Below are positions 38,386 to 52,714 of a DNA stretch of 64,000 bases, in pieces; the first letter of the stretch is position 1; every line of letters starts with the position of its first letter. The notes under the pieces are model-generated. The model searched no databases, had not been told where the DNA came from, and saw only the letters and a program-made list of their open reading frames with translations. Source of the stretch: Eledone cirrhosa (lineage: Eukaryota); the NCBI GenBank assembly GCA_964016885.1, contig OZ024747.1, forward strand, positions 65,224,001 through 65,288,000. The letters run 5' to 3'. A program made the translations under genes and the position numbers.

Positions 38386-38606
38386 AAGAATGAGAAATAA
38401 GATCGATTGAGGGGGCGGGCAGGTTGGAATTGGAAAAAATGTCTTTAGATAAAAATAACAGGTCCATTCATGTTGACATCTCTTGTTTACAAGAAATCGT
38501 TTACGAATAAGAAAACAGATATGGGTTGGTGAAGAAGTTATTACAGCTCAAAACATGAGATTTATTACAGTTAACTACTCAGAAGGCTACATTTTCAATG
38601 TAATTC

Positions 38607-38653
<47 letters not shown>

Positions 38654-39729
38654 TTCTTCAGCAACAAGTCTTTTAAAGCAATTTTCTCCATGCTTAATTA
38701 TAATCATCTTGGGGTCTTTGTTTTACAGTTAAACACTGTTCCTGGTGCCAATGCTTTAATTTGCCTATTATTGCACATAAAAAATTGTTGTTAGAAAATT
38801 AAGGCATCAATTTCCAATGTTCTCCAGCTTACACCCACTGTTTCTCATTTTCTTTTACTTATTCTTTTTTCATTTTTATTTTTTTTACTTTTATTACTCC
38901 TTTGGTGTGATAATGATAACAAGGAAAATTTCTTGGAAAGTTTCTTTAAAAATAGATCTATTGTTGTATTATTTATGTCTTAGAATCCAAACAAAATAAA
39001 TAGTTAAAGTTAATGAAATATGATTTATAATGAAACAAAAACAACTTTGTTACAAGAGAAACACACAAAGGAAAGTAAAATGAAGTTTACAGTAAATATA
39101 ATCAACAGTAGATAAGAGAAGATAATGTACTTCTATTCCAGAATGTAATTTAATCCTGTGATCCATTATAGGAAATCACATGGAGCAGTATATAGAGGAG
39201 AACATTACAGTTTTAGTAATGAGACATGACAGCAGGCTTGCAGAAACCAAAGATAAGTCTTCACGTTAGAGATTCTAATTAAACAGACGAAAATGAAATC
39301 AGTTTTCAAGATATAAAATCAAATCTTCTATAATTTGCTGTTAGATACTTACCAAATGTTTAGTTAAATGAAAAAACAATGTTGTCTCTGATCAAGACGA
39401 AGCGAGAGTGTATTAATACATATAAAAATGAGAAAACTAATCACTAGAACAGCCATTAAAGCAGCTAGATGCTGTCAAAGACAGTGATGGGCAAAAATAC
39501 CTCAGAGGACAGAGACCAGCAGCCATGGTCAACAGAGAGACAATCCACAAGGTGGGTGACAGGCAGAAGAAATATTTTTAAAAAATTGAAAGAGGGGAGG
39601 ACAAGGAAAAGTGTGTTGGCACACAGAAGTGACTGGAAGAAGGAGATAAAGAAAGGTGATGTACAAGACAAGTTTACATACACACATGTTTAGTATTTTA
39701 TTTTATTTTCTGCTTTGTTTTGGATGTAG

Positions 39730-40100
39730 ATGTAGCATGAACAGATGGATAACAGGTTTCTTTCACAATCAAAAGGTACTAGGGTTGAATCCACTGTGTT
39801 GCCTCTTGAGCAATCAATACCTCATAAGGGAAATATTTGTTGAGCCAGTGCACAACAACATTTTACCCACTCCACCTTGTAATGTCATCATGTTGTTGAC
39901 ATGAAAAAAAAAATCAACCATTCTAACCTGTAAGTTAGTTGGCATTGGGAAGTGCATCCAGCCATAGAAAACCAGACTAAAATGGTTTGTATTAGCAGGA
40001 TATGCTCACCTAACAGGCTCTAGCCTCATAATGTGACAACCTGTTTAACCCATGCAAGCATAGAAAATAGACATTAAATGGTGATGATGATGATGATGAT
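39730..40100 (+). mobile_element. Old tRNA-head SINE with RTE tail
   Basis: GGGTTGAATCC B-box-like, GGAAGTGCATCCAGCCATAGAAAA, (GAT)n. Confidence 0.6.
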
Positions 40101-40654
40101 GATGTGTTATATATGTTCTGATATATATGTTCTGATATATATGTCTATATAGTCTAGTACAGGGGTCGATTCTTCCTCTCTCTGGAAGAAATCTTCTATA
40201 CTCAGGCATGGAGAGGGATGGGCTCCACCAGGCTTTAAAATGTCCAAGAAACACTGTATGTCAATACGGTGCCCCTACAACTCTAAGAAATTTCAGGACT
40301 ATACATACATTATATATATGCTCTGCTAAAGACAGAAATTGTACGGAAACCCAAAACTGTGGACTTTATTTGTAATTCAAAGAATTAGCTTTGTCCCACA
40401 CTATCATGCTGAATCTCCCTGAGAATTACATTAGAGGTACACATATCAGTGGAATGCTCAGTCACTGCCTTGTTAATTTCATGAGCAGGTTGTTCTGTTG
40501 ATCAAACAACAAGAACACACAGTTGAAATCAATAGAGGTCTACTCCATTCCACTGGCAGCTATAATGTAATAAAGATATTCTTTCAAATGTCTTCTCTTT
40601 CTATAACGACTGCCATAAAAATGACAACTAAATCATCATCATCATTTTATGAAC

Positions 40655-41350
40655 TGAGTACACTGCATTATGACACCAGCACTATCAATTTACAGAATGT
40701 ACTAGGTGTATTTTATGATGGCACTAACACTACCACTTTACAGAGTGTATTGGGTGCATTTTATCATGACACCAGCACTATCAATTTACAGTGTGTATTA
40801 GGTGTATTTTATCATGACATAAACACTGCCTCTCAACATAATGCACTGGGCGAATCTTATTGTGATACTAGCACTACCAATATACAGAGTTGACCGAGTG
40901 TATTTTATGATGGCACCAACACTGCCACTTTCAAAGTCTACTGGTTTTATTTTATGAAGCGTTAACACTACTATTTTACTGCATGTACTGAGTGCACTTT
41001 ATCATGGCACCAACACAACCACTATACAGAGTATATTGAGTGCATGTTATCATGGCACCAGCACTACCACTTCACAGAGTGAACTGGGTGCATTTTATCA
41101 TGACACCAGCACTACCACTTCACAGAGTGTACTGGGTGCATTTTATCATGACACCAACATTACCTCTTTACAGAGTGTACTGGGTACATTTTATCATGAC
41201 ACTAGCATCATTACTTTACAGATTATACTAGGTAAATTTTATCAAGGCACTAGCACTACCACTTTACAGAGTGTACTGAGTGCATTTTATCATGGCACTA
41301 GCACAACCACTTTACAGAGTGTACTGAGTGCATTTTATCATGGTGCCAAC
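40655..41350 (-). repeat. Older degenerate 48-bp minisatellite of the same SINE-unit family
   Basis: CACCAGCACTACCACTTTACAGAGTGTACTGGGTGCATTTTATCATGA units, reverse orientation relative to 23150 and 31900. Confidence 0.85.
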
Positions 41351-41820
41351 AATAAAACAACAATACAGTTATACCAATGAAGATATGAACCATCATCCTC
41401 TCAGTTTGGAATCTAACATTTTCTTCAATCAGTGACTTCATAAAACCAGGAAAATAACTTAATAGGAACAAAAAATGTTTGTTTGTTTGTTTAATTCTTT
41501 CTTCTTTTTTTTTGTTTATTATGTTTTATTTTTTATTTTGTGAGATTTTAATACACAATAAGTATATCATTAAATCTTCCATTTAGATTAATAGATATAA
41601 CTTTGACACTAAATCATAGTTGTTTACTAAAACTAATACAGAAATATATTTAAAAAAGACACTAAACTAAGCAAGTAATAAATAGAAAGATAGTAAAGAG
41701 AGAAAGAAAGGAGTAATGACTACCCAAATTACACTTCTAAATGAAATATTGTCCTCATTTCAGTGATGCCACAAGGGAAATAATAAAATCTATGAATAAG
41801 GCGAATAAATAAATAATTCA

Positions 41821-41872
<52 letters not shown>

Positions 41873-42109
41873 GATGATGATGATGATGATGATGATGATG
41901 ATAACAATAATAACAATAATAATTAGACATATATGAAAAATATAAAATAAAAATAACCTCTTGGTTTATATATGCAAAAGGATTAGTTGTTTAAAGGAAC
42001 CAATCATAAATACTGAAATATAATCAAAATATATAATAAAAATGGAATTTCCATTATTCTAGATGTTTCTTTGTCTTTACTACGAAAATATCTGATTTTT
42101 ATTTTATTT

Positions 42110-43200
42110 ATAATAATGATTCCTACTATAGACACAAAGCCAACAATTTAGGTGGGGGTGAAGTCGATTAAATTTACCCCAGTGCATTACTGGTACTTTA
42201 TTTTATGTAAGGATGAACTTAGAACATAAATGCTGGGAGAAGGGTGTTTCTGTGCATGTATGTTGGACCTCGTCAGTTTCATGGATGAGTGTTACTGTTG
42301 TTCCAACAATGGAACGGCCTGCTCGTGGATTCAACATGCAAGTCACTGAGCATTCCAATGACACATTTACCATTTATGTAATCCTCAGAGAGATATAAGA
42401 CAGACTGTGACAAGGCTGGCCTTTTGAATTTTAGATACAACTCACTTTTTTTCCAGCTGAGTGAACTGGAGAAATGTAAAATAAAGTGTTTTTCTTAAGG
42501 GCACAATATGCCACCAAGAATCGAACTCATGACCTTATATTCATGAGTTCGATTCTTGAATGTGGTTATACATAAACACCCTAACAACTAGGCCATATGA
42601 TTCATGCTGGAAGGATACACACTCGATCACTCACTCTTTATCTATCTCTATCGCTATCTCAATGATACTAAAACGAATTCATTGTATAGGACCAAAAATC
42701 CTTCAATCGTTTTCCCACTCACTCAATGCTTTAATTAAGCCAGTATGCTTCTCAATGCTTTAATTAAGCCAGTATGCTTCTCAATGCTTTAATTAAGATA
42801 CCAACCAAAAGGAAAGCAGAGTGCACACTAATATGTTAAATAGTAAGAAAAGCGATTTTGTGTGGGCAGAGAGTTTATGTATAACCACATTCATGGCTGT
42901 TTGATGAAGGAGCTTTCTAAAAACCCATGAGGTTTCAGATTCAGTCCCACAACATGGCACCTTGCATCAGAATCTTCTACTATAGCCTTTGGTTGACCAA
43001 TAACTTATAAGGGAAATTTGGTAGATGGAAGCTATGCAGAAGTCTGTTGTATGCATGTATATGTATCTATATTTACTGTTTGTATCATGTAACACAGCAG
43101 TTTGACAAACAGAAATCATGAAAATAAGTACTAAACTTTAAAAAAACAATGGGATTAATATGATTGACTAAACCGTCCTGAAGGCAATGCTCCAGCAAGT
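42110..43200. mobile_element. Cluster of degenerate SINEs (Deu/Nin-type, CORE-type)
   Basis: CCAGTGCATTACTGGTACTTTATTT; AAATAAAGTGTTTTTCTTAAGGGCACAA; related to 63150-63440 and 40390-40520. Confidence 0.55.
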
Positions 43201-44134
43201 CTAATTAATGAAACCAGTATAAGAATACAAATAAAAGAATAAAATATAGCCACCCAACACCTGTTGTCTTTCTATTTCTCAGTAACAAACAAGTAGCTTC
43301 CATTACTTCCCTCAATACTATTTCTCTTTGGTACTTTCCCTCCATAGGTCTTCTTCTCACACTTCTATTAATTCTGTTTCCCTTCCTTTCAATGCTTCCA
43401 TACTCCAATTCAGTCAAACTCTACTTTCACATTCTTGTACCCCCCCCCCCCTCACTATTGTTCTTTTCTGTCACTGTTTTCTCTTCTATTCCCCCCACCC
43501 CCTGGGCATGCTGCCTTGAATTAATGGGGATAACTTTAGATAGTGAGTACCCTCTAGGTCTCAAGGGATTTGAAACAAAATCCCTAGTGTTGGTATTACG
43601 ATAAAATAAAGTGCATCCAGTACATACTGTAAATAGTAATGCTTGTGTCATGATAAACTGCACCCACTACACTCTGTAACCTGATTGGCATGAAGCATGG
43701 TATCCAGCTATAAAAAACTGTTGACAGTAAGATGTAATTTGAAGAAACTTTAGCTGTTGTTTCAGGTGAATTTTACAGTCATTTCATTGTTTGTTTTGCA
43801 TGTGACAAATTATCTACTGCACCTAAATTTCTTTATGGTATCAGTAACTAGAACCTCTGCTACCATTAACTGTAATGGACATGTGTCCTTTCCATGAGGT
43901 AGCATATCTCACATATATTGGGATTGTGGTTTTGTTAAATTAAAATGTTAAATTAATAAATTGAAGATGGTCAGACATCATGAAGTAGATGTTATATGAA
44001 GAACTAATATGATGGAAGATAATAATAATAATAATAATAATAATGATAATAATAATGAAATTATTGTGTAAAGTGCTCAGGTGCACTACAACTTGTCAAA
44101 GGTGCATGTATTGTACATAGAATAATATACAAAT

Positions 44135-46325
44135 GTCAGACATCACAAGGTACATGTTTATATGAAGAAGGAGAACATATATAGGTGGTTAGACATCAAA
44201 AGGAACATGTGTATATGAATAACTAATATGGCTGAAGATGGTCAGACATGATGTGGTACATGTGTATATGAAGGAGAACATACAAAGGTGGTCAGACATC
44301 ACAAGGTACATGTTTATATGAATAAGGAGAACACAAGTGGGTGGTCAGACACAATGAGGTACATGTTTATATGAAGAAGGAGAACACATGTAGGTGGTCA
44401 GACATCACAAGGTACATGTTTATATAAAGGAGAACATATGTATGTGGTCAGACATGATGAGGTACAACTTTATATGAAGAAGGGGAACACATGTAGGTGG
44501 TCAGACATGATGAGGTACATGTTTATATGAAGGAGGAGAACATGTGTAGGTGGTCAGACATGATGAGGTACATGTTTATATGAAGAAGGGGAACATATGT
44601 AGGTGGTCAGACATGATGAGCTACATGTTTATATGAAGAAGGGGAACACATGTAGGTGGTCAGATATCACAAGGTACATGTTTATATAAAGGAGAACATA
44701 TGTATGTGGTCAGACATGATGAGGTACATGTTTATATGAAGAAGGGGAACACATGTAGGTGGTCAGACATGATGAGGTACATGTTTATATGAAGGAGGAG
44801 AACATGTGTAGGTGGTCAGACATGATGAGGTACATGTTTATATGAAGGAGGAGAACATGTGTAGGTGGTCAGACATGATGAGGTACATGTTTATATGAAG
44901 GAGGAGAACATGTGTAGGTGGTCAGACATGATGAGGTACATGTTTATATGAAGAAGGGGAACATATGTAGGTGGTCAGACATGATGAGGTACATGTTTAT
45001 ATGAAGAAGGGGAACACATGTAGGTGGTCAGATATCACAAGGTACATGTTTATATAAAGGAGAACATATGTATGTGGTCAGACATGATGAGGTACATCTT
45101 TATATGAAGAAGGGGAACACATGTAGGTGGTCAGACATGATGAGGTACATGTTTATATGAAGGAGGAGAACATGTGTAGGTGGTCAGACATGATGAGGTA
45201 CATGTTTATATGAAGAAGGGGAACATATGTAGGTGGTCAGACATGATGATGTACATGTTTATATGAAGAAGGGGAACATATGTAGGTGGTCAGACATGAT
45301 GAGCTACATGTTTATATGAAGAAGGGGAACATATGTAGGTGGTCAGACATGATGAGGTACATGTTTATATGAAGAAGGGGAACATATGTAGGTGGTCAGA
45401 CATGATGAGGTACATGTTTATATGAAGAAGGGGAACATATGTAGGTGGTCAGACATGATGAGGTACATGTTTATATGAAGAAGGGGAACATATGTAGGTG
45501 GTCAGACATGATGAGGTACATGTTTATATGAAGAAGGGGAACACATGTAGGTGGTCAGACATAATGAGGTACATGTTTATATGAAGAAGGGGAACATATG
45601 TAGGTGGTCAGACATGATGAGGTACATGTTTATATGAAGAAGGGGAACATATGTAGGTGGTCAGACATGATGAGGTACATCTTTATATGAAGAAGGGGAA
45701 CACATGTAGGTGGTCAGACATGATGAGGTACATGTTTATATGAAGGAGGAGAACATATGTAGGTGGTCAGACATGATGAGGTACATGTTTATATGAAGAA
45801 GGGGAACATATGTAGGTGGTCAGACATGATGAGGTACATCTTTATATGAAGAAGGGGAACACATGTAGGTGGTCAGACATGATGAGGTACATGTTTATAT
45901 GAAGGAGGAGAACATGTGTAGGTGGTCAGACATGATGAGGTACATGTTTATATGAAGAAGGGGAACATATGTAGGTGGTCAGACATGATGAAGTACATGT
46001 TTATATGAAGAAGGGGAACACATGTAGGTCGTCAGAGATCACAAGGTACATGTTTATATAAAGGAGAACATATGTAGGTGGTCAGACATGATGAGGTACT
46101 TGTTTATATGAAGGAGGAGAACATGTGTAGGTGGTCAGACATGATGAGGTACATGTTTATATGAAGAAGGGGAACATATGTAGGTGGTCAGACATGATGA
46201 GGTACATGTTTATATGAAGAAGGGGAACATATGTAGGTGGTCAGACATGATGAGGTACATGTTTATATGAAGAAGGGGAACATATGTAGGTGATCAGACA
46301 TGATGAGGTACATGTTTATATGAAG
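44135..46325. repeat. 53-bp minisatellite (~41 units)
   Basis: Unit GTAGGTGGTCAGACATGATGAGGTACATGTTTATATGAAGAAGGGGAACATAT. Confidence 0.95.
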
Positions 46326-46331
46326 AAATAA

Positions 46332-46520
46332 CTGTTTCTACTTTTGGCACAAGGCCAGCAATTACCCAGTGTATTACTGGTACTTTATTTTATCGACCCC
46401 CCGTAAGGATGAAAGGCAAAATTAACCTCGGCGGGATTTGAACTCAGAATGGAAAGGGACGTAACTCTTTGCATCAAAGCATGGCGTCCGACCCTCTACT
46501 GATACTGCCAATCCACCGCC
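46332..46520 (-). mobile_element. Deu/Nin-domain SINE with 17-bp TSD
   Basis: TSD TTTATATGAAGAAATAA at 46315-46331 and 46521-46537. Confidence 0.9.
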
Positions 46521-47967
46521 TTTATATGAAGAAATAATATGACTAAAGAAGGCCAGACAAGTTAGAACATCATAAGCTAGATGTTTATATAAATAACCCG
46601 TGAGTCTAAAGATGGGCAAACTAAGAATTGATTGAAATCCGAGTCTCAGACAAAGACAAATGCTGAAGTTAATAATAAAAAAATGTTTTAAACCATTTTG
46701 GCAAAATCTTATCTCCTTAATTTAATTCAGATACATATAATTAGAAAATTAAATATAACTGTTAAAATTATTTACTTTACATCCCCCATACAATGGAAAT
46801 GTGAATATCAATGATGTTATGTTTTACTTAGAAAACTTTTTGTCTCACATCACCACCAACCCAGCCAGGCCCACCCTCTACCAAAACAGAGTTCAAATAT
46901 TTGTTTGTTTGTCCTTGATCACTGTGTAACTTTAAATCTATTTCTAGCTGTACCAGCCAATCAAATCAGTTACATTTGCATTCTTTTATGTGGTGTTTGA
47001 CATAATAGTATTAGGGGAAGGGAAAGAAAGAATGAGAGAGAGAAGGGAGAGAGAAAGAAAGAAAAAGTGAGAGAGAAAAGGGGAGAGAGGAAGAGAGAGA
47101 AAGAGAAAAGGGAGAGAAAAAGAGAAAAACATAGAGAGAAATAGAGAGAAAGAGAGAAAAAGTGAGAGAGAGAAAGAGAAAAAAGGGAGAGAGAATGTAT
47201 ATGATTTTAAATATTGTCTAAGAGAGAAGCTTCTTTCTTTTTTGTTCTTTCTTCCGCATGTATAAGTTAAATGATAGCAGACAATTGATGCAGAGAGGAG
47301 ATGGGACAAAGACTGTTCTCTCAGATTGTAGTTGAAATATCTCAAATTCCACCATTCTTTATTATTGGGTTATTTCAACACAAGCCAAAATTGCCTTTAT
47401 GCAAAGCAATTTTTAGAGTAAAAATGAAAAAAAAATAAAAATTAAAAATAAAAAAATAATAAAAATAAATAAAAAAATTAAGAATTGAAAAATAAAACAA
47501 AACAAAACTAAATAAAGAGATCAATAAAACATGGCTTATTGAAACTTTTCTTTAGTTGGTTCTTTCAAGAGAGGAAAACAAAATATAGAGAAAAATAAAC
47601 AAACAAAATAAGAGTATAAATAAATAAATAAAAATTGAAAGAAGGGGGAAAATGGAAAAAAAAGTGGGAAATTTACAAACAAAAAAAAACACAAACATAC
47701 AACAAATTTTTTTTATTCAAATAAAAAAAAAAACTATATTGTCGACACACCGAAAATACACAAGTATTCCATAAACCAAATCCAATTAGTTATATAGCTT
47801 AATGGTCTGATAGGAGAAGATATTGGAAAGGCACCATGAAATACTCTTTTGAAGCTGTGGAGCACTAAAGAATTCAACATTCACCATAAACAATGGCAGC
47901 AAACACTGATTAAGAAATGTGGGTTTGAAAAGTATACAAATACACAAGAGAGTGAGTGAGAGAGACT

Positions 47968-48000
<33 letters not shown>

Positions 48001-48186
48001 AGAAGAAGAAGAAGAAGAAGAAGAAGAAGAAGAAGAAGAAGAAACAGCAAACTCCAGGATGGAATGGAATAAGAGTAATATATATATATATATGTGTGTA
48101 TGTGTGTGTGTATATATATATATATGAGTGTGTATGTGCATACTTACACACACAGACACATATATATCTACACACACACATACACA

Positions 48187-48218
<32 letters not shown>

Positions 48219-48534
48219 TACATGCACATTAATATATCAGTAACATGCCTTTGCTCCTAACATTTAAGGGATCTAAATGGAATGAGAATGTACAATATCA
48301 AACAAATCATGAACCAATTGGAAAAATAACGTTTGTAGCCAAGTCTTTCTAATACATCCATTTAATACTTAACTTTCTTGCTTCCTTACAGTAAACTTTA
48401 TATATAAACCAGAAAAGCTATAATCTATAAAGTCAACAGTAGTCAATTTCCTGTTCTCCATCAACAGCAGATCTCTTTATCATTTCTGTAGGAGCTTTTT
48501 TTATAGAGTTGCTTTGATGAAAGAGGATCAGTTT

Positions 48535-49170
48535 AGTCACTAACATCATTGTAGGCTTTCATCGTTTAGTAAACAATACAATCATAGGTTTCTATAGTAT
48601 AGTCACTAACATCATGGTAGGTTTCCATAGTATAGTTACTAACATCATGGTAGGTTTCCATAGTGTAGTCACTAACATCATGGTAGGTTTCCATAGTGTA
48701 GTCACTAACATCATGGTAGGTTTCCATAGTATAGTAAACAACATTATGGTAGGTTCCCATAGTATAGTCACTGACATCATGGTAGATTTCCATAGTATAG
48801 TAACCAATATTATGGTAAGTCTCCATAGCATAGTAAACAACATTATGATAGATTTCCATAGTATAGTAATCAACATCATGATAGGTTTCCATAGTATAGT
48901 AAACAACATTATGGTAGGTTTCCATAGTATAGTAAACAACATTATGGTAGGCTTCTATAGTATAGTAAACAACATTATGGTAGGTCTCCATAGTATCATA
49001 AACAACATCATGATAGGTTTCCATAGTATAGTAAACAACAGTGGTAGGTTTCCATAGTATAGTAAACAACATCATGATAGGTTTCCATAGTATAGTCACC
49101 AATATTATGGTAGGTTTCCATAGTATAGTAAACAACACTATGGTAGGTTTACACAGTATAGTAAACAGCA
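48535..49170. repeat. 33-bp minisatellite (~19 units)
   Basis: Unit TAGTATAGTAAACAACATTATGGTAGGTTTCCA. Confidence 0.9.
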
Positions 49171-49404
49171 GCTACTCAGAATCCAACTTCTGCAACTATG
49201 ATTCAAAAATTCCATTTCAGTTCTTGCAATTGGACAATTCTCAATCATATTTCTAATAATAACTTTATCTGTTCTCCCATCACTGAAGATCTTAAGATAT
49301 TTTTCCACCAAAAATCAATAAAATCCTGGTGGAACTTGTCAAACCAGACCAAGGAAGCTATGTTTCCATTGGTTTTCCATTGCTGATACTATCTACCAGT
49401 TGCA

Positions 49405-49540
49405 TCTCCTGGCAGAAAGAGCAATGTGAAATAAAGTGCCTGGTTCAAGGACATAACACATTGTCCGGTCTGGGAATCAAACTCACAACCTCACAATTTT
49501 GTGTCCAATTCTCTAACCACTAAGCCACAAGCCTTCACAT
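49405..49540 (-). mobile_element. tRNA-head CORE-type SINE fragment
   Basis: GAAATAAAGTGCCTGGTTCAAGGACATAAC...GGAATCAAACTCAC...CTAACCACTAAGCCAC. Confidence 0.75.
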
Positions 49541-50034
49541 GGTTCTTAATATAACCAAATAGATTTTAATAGTTTGTCTAACTTAAATGGAGTATATCAA
49601 ACATTAAAACTAAAATATATATTTTTTTTATTTTTCTAAATTAAGTAATGCTTGTTTTTGTGGCTTCATTAATACTGCCTATAATTGTATTATGCTAATT
49701 AAAATATTTGGAATTAAACTTTCACCATTTAGAAGCATAAAAAATTATCTATTATTCCATTAGAGCTTGAACCATGATTAAATAAATGGAAATATTTAAT
49801 GTGTAATCATCAATATACACCAATACAAGTGATGTCATCATGTGTGTATATATATATATGTATGTATGCATGAAATTATAAGTTTGAAGAACAGACAGAT
49901 AAAATTTACCTAATTTTTCTTCTTAGTCCAGAGAAATTAACAAAATAAATAATCAATTGAACAGAGCTAAGTTTAAAATGTAAGTTTGAAGAAATAATAG
50001 ATAAATGTTTACTGATACTCCTCTAGCCCTGACT

Positions 50035-51700
50035 GTATCATCACCATTTTACGTCTGCTTTTCCCTGCTTGCAAGGGTGGGATGGGAACTGATTCTGGCT
50101 TGATTTCTACAGCTGGATGCCCTACCTAACACCAACCTCATTTACAGTGAGTGCTGGGTGCTTTTTTTCTGTGGTGCCTACATGTCCACTTTACAGTGTG
50201 GGTTGGGTGCTTTTTTGCCGTGGCATCTCCACGACCACTTTGCAGTGGGAGGGTGTGGGGGCATATTGTCTATATGCTTCAGCTTGTACCCATGAGAGGT
50301 TGGGTACTCTGTATTACTGCGTGACACCAGAGGTCACGGTCATGTCATCGCCTTTGAGAGGTGTAATTGGGTAAGGTCGGCTTTTAACACCTCATCCCAG
50401 GTCTTCTTGGGTCTCCCCACTCCGCGGTTTCCATTGACTTCTAGTGCTCTGCACCTTTTTATGCAGCTGTCATCCTTCATACACATCACATGTCCATACC
50501 AACGCAACCACCTCTCCTGCACACAGCATTTGATTCCTCTTATGCTCAGTCTCTCTCTTAATTCCTTTATGCTTTACCGTTTGCGTATATTACTATTACA
50601 CATCCATCGGACCATGCAGGCTTCGTTTCTTTCTAATCTACGTAAGTCTTCCACCTTCAGTGCCCAGGTCTCATTGCTGTTCGTATACACACATCATACA
50701 GACTGCCTTTCATTTTGAGGGAAAAGCCTTTTGCAGCTAGCAGTGGCAGTAGTTCCCTGAACTTCTTCCATCCCGTTCTTACCCTAGTTATTGTACTTTC
50801 TGAACACCCACCTCCGCTGCTAATTCGGTCACCTAGGTACTGTTTCTACAGAGCCCTCCCAGAGATTGGTGGTACTTGTTTCCTGTGGCTGTTTGCTGCT
50901 TGCTGTCCCAGCACAGCTGCTACATGTGAAGCCTACATTCTTAATTAAGCTTCCTGAGATCTCTTGTGTACCCATTGTTTGCATTTGGGGCAGAGAATTG
51001 AGTTCCTACCTACACCTTTCCTACATACTGAGCAAGGCCATTTCCCTGAGGGGATCTTGGTTCTGTTTTCTAGTCTACTTACAAGGACCTTAGTCTTTGT
51101 CAGGTTAAATTTGAGAACATTTATTTCTAGTCCCTGCTTCCAAGTTTGGAATTTCTTCTCTAGTTCTATCATAGATTCAGCTATAAGTGCGATGTCATCT
51201 GCATACAGGAGTTCCCATGGGCATCCGGGCTTAAACTGCTCCGTTATTGCCTGCAGGACTATGATGAAAGGAGAGGGCTAAGAACAGAGCCCTAGTGGAC
51301 ACCAACCTGTACGTTAAATTCCTCGCTATACTCATTGCTAATCCTAACTTTGCTGACTGCTCCCCTATACATGGCTTGTACAGCTTTCAAAAGCCATTCA
51401 TCTACTCCTAGTTTTCTAAGAGCCCACCAGATTACAGCACGTGGAACTCTGTCAAAGGCTTTCTCGAGATCGACAAATGCCAGGTAGAGTGGCTTACTTT
51501 TAGATAGGTACTTTTCCTGTAACTGCCCACAAGGAAGAGGGTATCAGTGGTGCCTCTTCCTGGTACAAACCCAAATTGCATCTCATCTAGTTTCACCCAG
51601 TCCTAATCAACTGTGCTATAACTCTTTCTGTTATTTTCATGACCTGGTCCATCAGCTTTATACCTCTATAGTTTCCTCTATCTAGTGCACATCACCTTTA
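50035..51700 (-). mobile_element. Frameshifted RTE LINE (RT to 3' UTR), same family as 17080-18475
   Basis: QFGFVPGRGTTD, FVDLEKAFDRV, YADD, WPCSVCRKGVGRNSILC, LRWYGHV. Confidence 0.95.
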
Positions 51701-51761
51701 CCTTTATAGCAGTTGACAATGATGCTACTGCAATGATGCTACTGCACCAATCTTTTGGTTT

Positions 51762-51797
<36 letters not shown>

Positions 51798-51807
51798 CTT
51801 TTGATAT

Positions 51808-51841
<34 letters not shown>

Positions 51842-51877
51842 CTTTTGGTATGGTATATATATATATATATATATATA

Positions 51878-52370
51878 TCATCATCATCATCATCATCATC
51901 GTTTAACGTCCATGTTCCACGCTTGCATGGGTTTGGACGGGAGTTTTCCCACTTGAGGCAAGAGTGGTTGTCTTGCTCGCATAGGACTGTCTGGCGGGTT
52001 TTCTACAGCTGGATGCCCTTCCTAACACCAACCACATTTACAGCGTGGACTGTGTGTTTTTTTTGTCGTGACACCTACACGATTTCATTTGTTTCGGCCT
52101 GGATGTTGTGGCACCAACATAACTTTACATTGAAAGGGGCGGTGTGGATGGGGTGGGGGTGTATTTTGTTAGAGATGCCTATTGACTGGAGTAGGTTTTA
52201 CTTTGTATTTAGGTAAGGCAGGTCTTCTCTATTACTGAGTACCGCCAAAGATCTCGGTCCAGTGACATTGTCTTGGAGAGGTGTAAGTGTGTGAGGTTGG
52301 AATTTATCAGGTCGTCCCAGGTTTTTCTGGGTCTGCCTACTCCATGGCTACCGTCTATCTTTATTGCCCT
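51878..52370 (-). mobile_element. RTE 3' end
   Basis: GRPRKTWDDLINSNLTHLHLSKTM; UTR as at 15730-16335. Confidence 0.85.
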
Positions 52371-52714
52371 ATATATATATATATAATATATATATATATA
52401 ATATAATATATATACACATATATATATAATATATATACACACATTATATATATATATATATATATACTGTAAACGTGGTTGGTGTTAGGAATGGCATCCA
52501 GCCGTAGAAAACCTGCCAGACAGTCCTATACGAGCAAGACAACCAATCTTACCTCAAGTGGGAAAATTCACGTCCAAACCCATACAAGCGTGGAAGATGG
52601 ACGTTAAACGATGATGATGATGATGATATATATATATATATATATATATATATCATCATCATTTTACATCCGTTTTCCCACACTTGCATATATATATATA
52701 TATATACATACATA

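Noticed and set aside
44135-46325. CRISPR-like array
   Set aside because: Units are fully repeated with no variable spacers
48566-49256. METYH-repeat ORFs
   Set aside because: 33-bp minisatellite open in several frames on both strands
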